Below, in pieces: positions 1 to 8,657 of a stretch of DNA of 42,038 nucleotides (positions are counted from its first letter, which is position 1; every line of letters begins with the position of its first letter). The notes under the pieces were generated by a model, which worked only from the letters and a program-made list of their open reading frames with translations, did not search any database and had not been told where the DNA came from. The translations under genes were made by a program, and so were the position numbers. Source of the stretch: Candidatus Aenigmatarchaeota archaeon (lineage in GTDB: Archaea; Aenigmatarchaeota; Aenigmatarchaeia; CG10238-14; SCSR01); contig JAWCME010000001.1 in assembly GCA_039091335.1 (NCBI GenBank), positions 76,024-118,061 on the forward strand. Direction: 5' to 3'.

Positions 1-1371
1 GAAATACTTGAAAAATCTATAAAAATTGGTTCAAAATATTTGCTTTTTCATTCCTCTGAATCAGATCCGTTCACATTGCTTGCACTTAGGACACAACCTG
101 CAGACATTGTTGATTTTTATGGAAGACCTTTTAGTGAATTCTTAAAAGAAAACGAATGGCTTCTTGACTGGATTATGGGCGAGGGAGAATGGAAGGATAA
201 AGAGGGGGGGCAATTCATATGGGTAGAAATACTACATAGAACACTTAAAAATTATTTGGCTCTTATTATGGAAGAGAAAAAGGAAAGATACATAATGGAA
301 GAGAAAAAGGAACCCTCAGAGGAATGGCTAGAAGAAGTAATAAAAAGGGAGAGAAAAAGTCTGAGGGAATATTTCGTGGATTTGGTTTCTTCAAGGGCAT
401 TGCATTATGGTCCTGAAAGATGGGCATATTATTTAATAGCAAAATGGATGGAAAAAAACAAAGAAAAAGAACCACTTTGGGAAAAAATTGTTAGAACCAA
501 CATAGAGTTTTTTGCAAAAAGAGATGGTATGAGTTTAGAAGAATGGGCAGAAAAAAACAAAATAAACCTTCAAAACTTATCTATAGACGATAAATTTTTT
601 AGGGAGCATACAGAGCTTTGGGTTCCTGCTGTTTCTGCAAAGTACATCTGGGGGCATCTAAACCCAATAGATCCTAAGTTTAAAGACCCAAAAAAATATA
701 TTGAAAATTCTGGTATTGTTTTGGTACTTGAATCGCCAATGGGAGGGAGAGGAATAGAAGAGTGGTTAAGGTTTTATAATCCAGCCCATATTTACCATCT
801 TGCAGAAATTGTTGGAAAAAAATACATTCAAATTGCTCTTGATTTAGAACACATGCTAAGCTTAAGACTTGATCCAGAAATTGTAATAGATTTGTTTCCA
901 AAAAATGGAGGAGAGTATGTAAAGGTAATACACGCAGGCTGGCCTTCTACCTTAGCTCCTGCCCATGTTCCGATTCCTCTTGGATCCGAACAACAACAGT
1001 ACCTTTACAAAATCTATTACAAGCTAAGAGAAAAGGGGTTTGGTTTAGATCCCAAGGAGGATGTATACATAATATTTGAAAGGGGACCATTTCCGATCCA
1101 ACAAACTATTGTTGCTCTTAAAAAGATAGTTGAGTTTTTGGAAAAAAACATTAAACCAGAAGATTTGATAAAATATCCTGAATTTTTTGGAATAGAAATG
1201 AAAGAAATCGCCTCTTTCGAAAGACAAAAGGCTATCATCTCAGAACATTTTTTTGATCCACTAAAGGATTTGTTGGCAGTGCCAGAAGAAAAATGGTCTT
1301 TTCTTGGAAAGGAGGCAATGGGAAAACCTGGTGTAACAGGAGAAAAATGGGAAAAAGAAGAATTGAAATAA
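1..1371 (+). CDS. 5'-partial xylose-isomerase/AP-endonuclease-2-like TIM-barrel protein
   Basis: Frame is open from base 1 (EILEKSIKIGSKYLLFHSSE...). Motifs FHSSE, LESP, ALDLEH, VIHAG..AH and FERG resemble metal-site motifs of AP2Ec-like TIM barrels common in DPANN. Confidence 0.55.
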   Translation, partial: EILEKSIKIGSKYLLFHSSESDPFTLLALRTQPADIVDFYGRPFSEFLKENEWLLDWIMGEGEWKDKEGGQFIWVEILHRTLKNYLALIMEEKKERYIMEEKKEPSEEWLEEVIKRERKSLREYFVDLVSSRALHYGPERWAYYLIAKWMEKNKEKEPLWEKIVRTNIEFFAKRDGMSLEEWAEKNKINLQNLSIDDKFFREHTELWVPAVSAKYIWGHLNPIDPKFKDPKKYIENSGIVLVLESPMGGRGIEEWLRFYNPAHIYHLAEIVGKKYIQIALDLEHMLSLRLDPEIVIDLFPKNGGEYVKVIHAGWPSTLAPAHVPIPLGSEQQQYLYKIYYKLREKGFGLDPKEDVYIIFERGPFPIQQTIVALKKIVEFLEKNIKPEDLIKYPEFFGIEMKEIASFERQKAIISEHFFDPLKDLLAVPEEKWSFLGKEAMGKPGVTGEKWEKEELK

Positions 1372-1372
1372 T

Positions 1373-1597
1373 CTATTTGCACACTGCTCTTAAGCTACAT
1401 TTTTTACATTCTCCAGAACAATCGTTATCAGCAATGTAAATTCTATTAACTTCATCTCTCAAATCATATTCTCCTATTTTTGGAAAATTAAAGAATAATA
1501 TTGGGCTTGGGTATAGTATAAAACTATAACTTTTTTTGTGTTTTAAGTTTTTTTGTGTATATTTAATTTTTTCAGACGGCGGTTCATCGGACGACAT
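1373..1597 (-). CDS. Small hypothetical protein with C-terminal Cys cluster
   Basis: ATG at 1597, 74 aa, ending DCSGECKKCSLRAVCK (C-x3-C-x2-C-x5-C); convergent with the upstream gene. Confidence 0.35.
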   Translation of the reverse strand: MSSDEPPSEKIKYTQKNLKHKKSYSFILYPSPILFFNFPKIGEYDLRDEVNRIYIADNDCSGECKKCSLRAVCK

Positions 1598-1810
1598 TAA
1601 ACACAACTCTATTTTATTATAGTAAATAACTCTCTTATAAATTTTTTGTTAACTTTAAAGAATGGTCCTTTCAATTATTCAATTATTGGGAAATGTATGA
1701 AGATAATTAATTTCGCATGTTCTTGATTAAGTTATATTTTAATTAACTTTTTAATTAACCACTTATCAGTGATATTAATATTTAAATACACCTGAAGTTA
1801 AAAGTTATAT

Positions 1811-2653
1811 ATGTCATTTGAAAAACTTGAAAAGGAGTTGGAAGAAACAAATATAGTAAAAAAAGAGGAGGAAGAATTAAAAAGACCCCCAAAGGAAATT
1901 TATTCTAAGGTTATTAAATTTACAAACGAAATAAGAAAACAGTACGGAGAAACAATTAAATCTGTTTTACTGTTCGGATCGGCTGTAAGAGGCACTATGA
2001 CAGAAGGAAGTGACGCAGATGTTTGGGTAATTTTGGACGATACAGCAACAAAGGGAACAGAAGATCTAGAAAAGATAAATACCCATATTTATTTGATCGC
2101 ATACGAACTGAAAGATCTGCACATTCAAACAACAACACTCACTGAATTCTGGAACTGGGTAAAGGCAGGTTCTCCAGAGCTTGTAAATTTTTTAAGGTAT
2201 GGGTTAGCAATTTATGATACTGGCTTTATCAAACCTGTTCAAAGAATGCTTTCTATGGGTTTAATTCCACCAAGTGAAGAAACCATAGGTTTAAAAGCAA
2301 GAGCATCAGAAGCAAGGATTAAAAAGATTAAGCTTGACATGAAGAGTATGATATTCGATTTAAGATATAGCATGCTAGACATATGCCAAGCAGTTATCAT
2401 GTATTTTTATAAAGCCCAACCAGACGCAAAATCAATTCCAGAATTTTTAGAAAGGCTTGTAAATGAGAAAAAATTAGAAGAGGGGTGGGAAGAAAAATTT
2501 AAAGAATTGGACACATTATGGAAAGATATTGACCACAAGAAAATAGAAGAAGTTACTACAGAGCATTTGGAAAAGGCTATAAAAATTGCAGTTGAGTTTG
2601 TAGATAGATTAAAGAAGTTATTACCAGAAGATATAATTGGCGAAGAAATATAG
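1811..2653 (+). CDS. Minimal nucleotidyltransferase (MNT)-HEPN fusion protein, HEPN motif degenerate
   Basis: GSAVRG..SDADVWVILDD Pol-beta NTase motif; helical C-terminal domain with WKDIDH at the R-x4-H position. Confidence 0.75.
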   Translation: MSFEKLEKELEETNIVKKEEEELKRPPKEIYSKVIKFTNEIRKQYGETIKSVLLFGSAVRGTMTEGSDADVWVILDDTATKGTEDLEKINTHIYLIAYELKDLHIQTTTLTEFWNWVKAGSPELVNFLRYGLAIYDTGFIKPVQRMLSMGLIPPSEETIGLKARASEARIKKIKLDMKSMIFDLRYSMLDICQAVIMYFYKAQPDAKSIPEFLERLVNEKKLEEGWEEKFKELDTLWKDIDHKKIEEVTTEHLEKAIKIAVEFVDRLKKLLPEDIIGEEI

Positions 2654-3807
2654 TGATTTATATGGAAAATGAAGATAAGGGGAAGAGGGGAAGAAAAGAG
2701 AGGGAAGAAAAAAGTGAAACCAAAGAAGAAAGGATGAAAGAAATAAAGGAATTTTCAAAAAAAGTTTTGGAAAAATACGGGAAGTATATTAAGTGCATAG
2801 TGATGATGGGTTCTGTGGCAAGAGAAGAATTTAAACCGAAAAGTGATATAGACGTTTTTGTTGTCATAGATGATACTTCTTTTAATATAACACCAGAACT
2901 ACATGAAAAAATAGATGAAGACTTAGAAAAAATTGCAGAAAAAATCTCAAAAAGAATATCTGTTCAGCCCACATATACATTAACTGAATTTTGGGATTAT
3001 GCAAGAGTATGTCATCCAATAATATACAATTTCATAAAAGAAGGTGTTGCAATATACGATATTGGTTTTTTTGCTCCAATAAAAAAATTACTTGAAATGG
3101 GAAAAATACCCGCCACAAGAGAGGCAATAGAAAGCTACATGGAAGGTGCTCCAAAAAAACTTATTAGGGCAAAAACAGTAAAGCTTTTGATGCTTGCTGA
3201 GGATTGCTATTATGCAATGCTAAATACTGCGCAGGCTGTTCTTATGTTTATGGGAATTTCTCCTCCTGTTCCATCAAAGGCCTATGAGGAGGTTAAAAAA
3301 TTTCTTGTAGAACCTGGGATTTTAGAGCCAGAATATGCTGAGTGGTTAAGAGAAATAATAGAAATAAGGAAAAAGATTGAACACAAGGAGTTAATGGAAG
3401 TTAGTGGGGCATTTGTTGATGAATGGATTTCTAAGTCAGAAAAGTTTGTTGAAAAAATGTTTAACTTATTAGGTGCGCTAGAACTAAAAAAGAGGGAAAA
3501 GATAATTGAAAGAACGTATGAAGTTATGGTAAAGGCTGCCACAACTGCTTTAAAAAGTTTGAATAAAATGCCTGAAAAAGAAGAGGAAATACCATTAGCT
3601 TTTAAAAAAGAATTTGTAGAAGGAAAGCTTATAGAAAACTATTATTGGGATGTTTGGAAAAAAATAGAAGATATGAAAAAGACAAGTGAACAAAAGAAGG
3701 TTGAAGAAATACCAGAGAAGGAAGTATATGAGATGAGGGAATATGTAAGAAAACTAATTCACGACCTAGCTAGAGTTTTAAAAGAAAAGGAAATAAACAA
3801 ACAATAA
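2653..3807 (+). CDS. MNT-HEPN fusion protein with intact R-x4-H motif
   Basis: GSVAREE..SDIDVFVVIDD; HEPN-like DCYYAMLNTAQAVL...RKKIEH; paralogue of the preceding gene, 1-nt overlap. Confidence 0.75.
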   Translation: MIYMENEDKGKRGRKEREEKSETKEERMKEIKEFSKKVLEKYGKYIKCIVMMGSVAREEFKPKSDIDVFVVIDDTSFNITPELHEKIDEDLEKIAEKISKRISVQPTYTLTEFWDYARVCHPIIYNFIKEGVAIYDIGFFAPIKKLLEMGKIPATREAIESYMEGAPKKLIRAKTVKLLMLAEDCYYAMLNTAQAVLMFMGISPPVPSKAYEEVKKFLVEPGILEPEYAEWLREIIEIRKKIEHKELMEVSGAFVDEWISKSEKFVEKMFNLLGALELKKREKIIERTYEVMVKAATTALKSLNKMPEKEEEIPLAFKKEFVEGKLIENYYWDVWKKIEDMKKTSEQKKVEEIPEKEVYEMREYVRKLIHDLARVLKEKEINKQ

Positions 3808-3924
3808 TTGTTTGACCCAAAAAATCTTTTAACATATCAATTTCGAATAACAATTATGTACATTGAAATCTGCAAACATATTCTTATAGCTAAGAAATTT
3901 AAACTGGTTTCACAATTTTGAAAT

Positions 3925-4446
3925 ATGAAAGTTTATACAATAGGGCATAGTACAAGAAATTTTGAAGAATTCTTAAACATTTTAAAGAAATTCAACATTC
4001 TGGTTGTGATAGATGTTCGCCGTTTTCCCTCAAGCAGAAAATTTCCTTGGTTTAACAAAGAAAATCTAGAGAAAGAATTAACAAAAAACAAAATAGAATA
4101 TATTCACTTTCCTGAACTCGGCGGTTATAGAAATGAAGGATATGAAGCTTTCAGCAAAAGTGAATTTTTTTTTCAGGGCTTAGACAAACTAATAAAATTA
4201 ATTGATAAGAAAATTTCAGCTATACTGTGTTCTGAAATTTTATGGTGGCGCTGTCATCGAAGATATATTGCTAATGCTTTAGTAGAGAAAGGATTTGAAG
4301 TGATTCATGTGCTCGATGAAGAGAAAACTCAAGAGCATAAACCAAAAGAGAAAGAAATTGAAGAGAAGATGAAGCTTAAGGTTTGGTGCGATAAAAAACC
4401 AAGAAATATCAAAAAGAATGAAAAATTAAATTTTATCTATCTTTAA
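3925..4446 (+). CDS. DUF488 family protein
   Basis: VYTIGHSTR, IDVRRFPSSR, HFPELGG, LCSE..WWRCHRRYIA. Confidence 0.85.
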   Translation: MKVYTIGHSTRNFEEFLNILKKFNILVVIDVRRFPSSRKFPWFNKENLEKELTKNKIEYIHFPELGGYRNEGYEAFSKSEFFFQGLDKLIKLIDKKISAILCSEILWWRCHRRYIANALVEKGFEVIHVLDEEKTQEHKPKEKEIEEKMKLKVWCDKKPRNIKKNEKLNFIYL

Positions 4447-4471
4447 AATTTTTCTAAAATAAAATATTAAC

Positions 4472-5209
4472 ATGCTAACTTTGATTTCCATCTTAATTGC
4501 AACTTTTTTAGTAAGCCTAATAGCTTTTATCGGTATGATAACATTTTTAGTTAAAAAAAATCTTATGCGCAAAGCCCTTTTATTTCTTATTTCCCTTTCA
4601 GCAGGAGTTTTGCTTGGAAGTTCTTTTTTCCATTTAATCCTTGAGGCCTTAGAATTTTTGTCTTACAAAGAAATTTCTTTTTTCACCGTACTTGGTTTTA
4701 TAATTTTATTCTTCGTTGAAAAAATAATTCACTGGCATCATTGCCACAGGTTTAGATGTAAAATACATACCTTTGGATACATTAATATCATCGGCGACGC
4801 TGTACATAATTTTATAGACGGCTTAATAATAGCTGCAAGCTTTCTTTCAAGTTTTAAATTGGGTTTATCTACAACATTGGCAGTAATTTTACATGAAATT
4901 CCACAAGAAATCGGTGATTTCGGAGTTTTGGTTTATTCCGGCTTCAGTAAAAAGAAGGCTTTGTTTTTCAATTTTCTTTCAGCTTTGATTTCGGTTTGTG
5001 GCAGTCTATTTGGATATTTCATCTCTTTTGAATATGTTTTAAATTTTTTACTCCCTTTTGCAGCAGGTGGTTTTATATACATAGCAGCAAGTGACCTAAT
5101 CCCAGAAATAAAAAAAGAAACCAGAATAAGAAGATATTTAACTGAATTTGGTGTATTTTTGTTTGGAATTTTGTTGATGTATTTTTTTGCTTTTGTTTTT
5201 AAAACTTAA
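4472..5209 (+). CDS. ZIP family divalent metal transporter
   Basis: Multiple TM segments; GDAVHNFIDG, LHEIPQEIGD and His-rich HWHHCH loop. Confidence 0.9.
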   Translation: MLTLISILIATFLVSLIAFIGMITFLVKKNLMRKALLFLISLSAGVLLGSSFFHLILEALEFLSYKEISFFTVLGFIILFFVEKIIHWHHCHRFRCKIHTFGYINIIGDAVHNFIDGLIIAASFLSSFKLGLSTTLAVILHEIPQEIGDFGVLVYSGFSKKKALFFNFLSALISVCGSLFGYFISFEYVLNFLLPFAAGGFIYIAASDLIPEIKKETRIRRYLTEFGVFLFGILLMYFFAFVFKT

Positions 5210-5303
5210 AAAATATTTACAACATTTATCGGAATTATCGGAAGTTTAGTTTCAAAAATCTCATTTCTATTTCTTATTCTTTAATTAAATAAAAGGTGAT
5301 GTC

Positions 5304-5552
5304 ATGAATGAAAAAAATATTGAAAATAATAGAAGACCGTTTGATAATGGCTTTATAAGTATTGGTCAAGGAAAGGGAATAAAGTGGGTTCTATGGGAAA
5401 ATAATGTGACATTTCAAAGACAGGAAAAATTTGGAGATCAATGGCAAACCGTAGAAGAGTTTCATGCTCCATTGAGTCTACTTAAAGAAATAGCATGGAG
5501 AATAAGTCATTGGCTTGCAATAATAGACCAGAAAATGAACGAAAAAAAGTAA
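5304..5552 (+). CDS. Hypothetical protein
   Basis: 82-aa ORF with SD-like GGTGA upstream; no family recognised. Confidence 0.55.
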   Translation: MNEKNIENNRRPFDNGFISIGQGKGIKWVLWENNVTFQRQEKFGDQWQTVEEFHAPLSLLKEIAWRISHWLAIIDQKMNEKK

Positions 5553-5553
5553 A

Positions 5554-6477
5554 TCATTCTTCCTTTGCTTTCTTTTCCACTTCTTCTTCAATTCCCATCT
5601 TTTCAACAAGCTCTTTGTATCTGTTTCTAATTGTAACTTCTGTGATACCACAAATATCTGCCACTTCTCTTTGAGTCCTTTTTTCTCCTACCAAAACACA
5701 GGCAATATAAATTGCAGCAGCTGCCACTCCTGTCGGTCCTTTTCCAGAGGTCACATCATGTTTTTTAGCTCTCTTCAATATTTCTATTGCCTTTGCCTGA
5801 ACCCTATCGCTTAATCCAAGCATTGAACAAAACCTTGGAACAAAGGTTATTGGGTCTGCAGGTAAAATTCTAATTGCAAGTTCGCGAGCAACATATCTAT
5901 AAGTTCTTCCTATTTCCCTTTTATCTACACCAGAAGCCTCAGCAATTTCATCCAGCGTGCGGGGAGAACCAAATTCCCTTGAGACAGTATAAGTTAAAGC
6001 TGCTATCACACTTTCTATACTTCTTCCTCTAACAAGTCCTTTATTAACAGCTTCTTCATAATACCTTGCAATTCTCTCATGTATAGTTCTTGGTAAATTC
6101 AAGAAAGAAACTATTCTTTGAAGTTCTGAAAGAGCAAAACTTAGGTTTCTATCTCTAGACTTTATTAATCTTTTATGCCATTTAGTTAGCCTATAATACT
6201 GTGCCCTTTTCTTTGTAGGAACTTTATATAATTCTCCTAACCCCTTCCCTATTTCTGTTGTAAGTCCTTTATCGTGTTTAGTAAAAGTTAATGGTGCGCC
6301 TCCTCTTGCCCTTCTAGACATTTGCTCTGAATCAAATGCACGCCACTCCTGTCCTGTGTCAATTATCTCTTCCTTCAAAACTCCACCGCAATCTCTACAA
6401 AACAGCTCTCCTCTTACAACATCCTCAACTAAATTAAAACTTCCACAATCTGGACATCTCAATGTCTTTTTTTTCAT
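5554..6477 (-). CDS. tfb: Transcription initiation factor IIB
   Basis: CPDCGS..CRDCG Zn ribbon, GQEWRAFD B-finger, two cyclin repeats (GRSIES, GKGPTG, TEVTIRNRYKEL). Confidence 0.97.
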   Translation of the reverse strand: MKKKTLRCPDCGSFNLVEDVVRGELFCRDCGGVLKEEIIDTGQEWRAFDSEQMSRRARGGAPLTFTKHDKGLTTEIGKGLGELYKVPTKKRAQYYRLTKWHKRLIKSRDRNLSFALSELQRIVSFLNLPRTIHERIARYYEEAVNKGLVRGRSIESVIAALTYTVSREFGSPRTLDEIAEASGVDKREIGRTYRYVARELAIRILPADPITFVPRFCSMLGLSDRVQAKAIEILKRAKKHDVTSGKGPTGVAAAAIYIACVLVGEKRTQREVADICGITEVTIRNRYKELVEKMGIEEEVEKKAKEE

Positions 6478-6559
6478 TTCACCACTTTAAGGTAATTATT
6501 TAATTTTCCTAATAAATGATACGCCGTTAAATATTTAAATCTTTCTATTTTGCTATTTA

Positions 6560-7078
6560 TCAACTTTTCGTATACTCAGATTTTAAAAAAATATTGGGTG
6601 TTGGCTTAACTATATCAATAGAACTTCTTGGAAATCTTATTAGTTTTTCTCCACATATTGGACATTCTTTTTCTTTTTCAAAATATTTTTTACAATTTTT
6701 GCAATAATTTCCCCAAGTTATTAATTTTTTTATTTTTTCACTAAATATTGAAACATAACCAATACCAATTTTTTCAGCAACATTTTGAATATTCCTATCA
6801 TCTGAAATTATTGTACAATTTTTTTCCTTTGCTAGTGCCAAAACCTCTATATCTGTAGAAGAAAGTTTTTTCAGGTCGCTAGTTTCTATAGCAATTTTTT
6901 TTATTTCCTCTATAATTTCCTTTTTTGGTTCAACTACCTTAATCTCTAGTGCACTCAACTTCATCTTTGTCATTCTATCTTTTACTTCCTCTATCACAGA
7001 GTTTACTGTGAACATTTCTTCAAAGTTCCTAAAATCTGTCAAATAAATCAAAGAGGAAGTATCAAGAACCACTCTCAT
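6560..7078 (-). CDS. nob1: Nob1-family PIN endonuclease with Zn ribbon
   Basis: VLDTS, LSSTDIEVLALA, SDDRNIQNVA, CKNC..CPICG. Confidence 0.9.
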   Translation of the reverse strand: MRVVLDTSSLIYLTDFRNFEEMFTVNSVIEEVKDRMTKMKLSALEIKVVEPKKEIIEEIKKIAIETSDLKKLSSTDIEVLALAKEKNCTIISDDRNIQNVAEKIGIGYVSIFSEKIKKLITWGNYCKNCKKYFEKEKECPICGEKLIRFPRSSIDIVKPTPNIFLKSEYTKS

Positions 7079-7119
7079 GATTTTTATATTTAAAAATAAA
7101 ATATATATGAAAGATTGAA

Positions 7120-7326
7120 ATGGTTAAATCTTTCCCGATATCCTCAATAGAAAAAGTTGCAAAAAGGGCTGGGTGTGAAAGAATTTCATTTTCAGCGCTA
7201 GAAAGTTTGAGAGAAACTTTGCTTGAAATTTCAGAGAAAATTGCGATTGATGCTGTGGCTGTAGCAAAGCATGCAAAAAGGGTAACTGTTAAAAGGGAAG
7301 ATATTATATTGGCTACAAGGAAGTGA
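7120..7326 (+). CDS. Archaeal histone (HMf-like)
   Basis: FPISSIEKVAKRAGCERIS...AKHAKRVTVKREDIILA histone fold. Confidence 0.93.
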   Translation: MVKSFPISSIEKVAKRAGCERISFSALESLRETLLEISEKIAIDAVAVAKHAKRVTVKREDIILATRK

Positions 7327-7330
7327 TTTT

Positions 7331-7744
7331 TTGGAAAAAACAACTTCAAGTATAAAGGACTTAAAGCCTGGTGGGTTTGTTTTAATAGAAGATGTTCCGT
7401 GTAGAGTTGAAAAAGTAGCTATTTCAACATCGGGTAAAGATTGAAAAAAACAATCGCCCAAACACGGAGCAGCAAAAGCTAGAGTTGATGCCATAGGTCT
7501 ATTTGATAATAGAAGGAGAAGCATAGTTAAGCCTGCTGATGAAACAGTAGAGGTTCCAATAATAATTAAAAAAAATGCACAAATTTTATCAGTAATCGGA
7601 GAAAAAGTTCAACTTATGGACCTAGAAGATTTTTCTGTTTTTGAGTTAGACATTCCAGAAGAAATGAAAGGAAGTTTGCAGGCTGGAAATGAAATACAAT
7701 ACTTTGAAGTAGTAGGAATTAAAACCATTAAACAAATTAAATAA
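7331..7744 (+). CDS. eif5a: Translation factor aIF5A, join(7331..7437,7462..7744), 129 aa after splicing
   Basis: TTG start; MEKTTSSIKDLKPGGFVLIEDVPCRVEKVAISTSGK/HGAAKARVDAIGLFD...QLMDLEDF. The hypusine motif is restored only after removing 24 nt that contain TGA. Missed by the ORF track. Confidence 0.93.
7438..7461 (+). other. 24-nt BHB mRNA intron in aIF5A
   Basis: Central helix GGGU/GCCC, AAA bulges, intron stem GAUUG/CAAUC with A7 loop. Cutting after nt 2 of each bulge gives GGT AA|A CAC. Confidence 0.9.
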
Positions 7745-7822
7745 TTTAAATTTCTCTTCTACTTACTTTTTACCAGGAAAAAAAGAATAAATGCTGTTTC
7801 TTTGCTATAAAAAAATTCAAGA

Positions 7823-7859
7823 ACTACCATAGGATGGTTGTTTATCAAGGTCAGGCAAC
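7823..7859 (-). other. 3' arm of pre-23S processing stem (BHB)
   Basis: GACCU UGAU AAA CAACCAUCCUAUGGUAGU pairs with the 5' arm at 11066-11102. Confidence 0.92.
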
Positions 7860-8024
7860 CTCAGGCTTTTAGTGGCAGCCAGCTGAGTACCTCGCTCGAA
7901 AGCTTGGTACTTACACTGCTGCTCTATCAAGCTTGTAGTCTACAAGGGCCTTTGTCGCTCTTCCGCTCCTTTCGGAGCAGTTGAGCGATTGGCTGTCTAT
8001 TTTTCCGGATGGCTTCGTCCTTAG

Positions 8025-8062
8025 TTAGACAAGTATAGCACTTAGTTTAAGTGCTATACTTT
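8025..8062 (-). other. 23S BHB intron, 38 nt, ~2754/2755
   Basis: Central helix AGGC/GUCU, bulges AUA and AAC, 14-bp intron stem; removal restores GCAUCUAAG. Confidence 0.9.
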
Positions 8063-8067
8063 ATGCC

Positions 8068-8098
8068 TTCCTGCTAATGGAGTTTAAACTCCATTAGT
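8068..8098 (-). other. 23S BHB intron, 31 nt, ~2749/2750
   Basis: Central helix CCUG/CAGG, bulges AAA and AAG, 9-bp stem; removal restores CCUGAAGGCAU. Confidence 0.9.
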
Positions 8099-8229
8099 TT
8101 CAGGACTTATCCATGATGGCGTGGCTGCCCGGCTGCAATCACAGCCGGTACACTAGAGGCCACGGATGGGTGTTCCTTTCGTACTCACCCATCCTTCCGG
8201 TCAGACAGCCAGCACCTCGAGTAGATAGC

Positions 8230-8263
<34 letters not shown>

Positions 8264-8362
8264 AATGTTCCCCTTTAATCAGTGGACACCTGCACCCTTG
8301 GCTGCTACTGCACAGCCAGGAGGGGGAAAGCCGACAGCGACGCACCAACGCGCCGGGTCAAT

Positions 8363-8399
8363 TTATCTCGCTTCTGGGAATCGAAGACTCCATAAAGCT
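8363..8399 (-). other. 23S intron, 37 nt, ~2477/2478 (H89), relaxed BHB
   Basis: Removal restores GUCCACAUUGAC; central helix GUCC/AGAU has one mismatch. Confidence 0.8.
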
Positions 8400-8571
8400 G
8401 TGGACTTTCACCGGCCACGGGCCCATTATCCCCGAGGTAGCTTTTCTGATACCGCTCACTCCCATCAAGGGAAATGAACGTCTCGTTAGCCCATGCTTTC
8501 GCAGCTGGACTTCTCGCTTTGTGAAGTCCAGTCAGGCTGGCTTTTGCGCTTACACTCTACTCAGGATTTCT

Positions 8572-8657
8572 TTAGGGTGATAGAAGTTAATTCATTAGCT
8601 ACCTCACTTCTCATCTTAAATCAATCTGGAGCAGTATAATCATTCAACTTCTATCAT
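8572..8657 (-). other. 23S BHB intron, 86 nt, ~2306/2307 (H84), containing box C/D motifs
   Basis: Central helix AGGG/CCCU, 11-bp stem UGAUAGAAGUU/AACUUCUAUCA; removal restores GGGUCAGAAAUCC. Confidence 0.92.

Noticed and set aside
7441-7443. TGA in aIF5A as selenocysteine, readthrough, an alternative genetic code, or a pseudogene
   Set aside because: Readthrough would leave 8 extra residues in the invariant GKHG loop. TGA ends other genes normally (histone, tfb, Hef). The exact BHB fit explains the insert better.
7231-7524. Minus-strand 97-aa ORF and other short antisense ORFs shadowing real genes
   Set aside because: They overlap well-supported opposite-strand genes and lack recognisable motifs or typical composition.
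7942-7992. GC-rich hairpin near the 23S 3' end as a further intron
   Set aside because: It has a symmetric 2x2 internal loop and no BHB, and lies at the variable H98 position; treated as an expansion segment.
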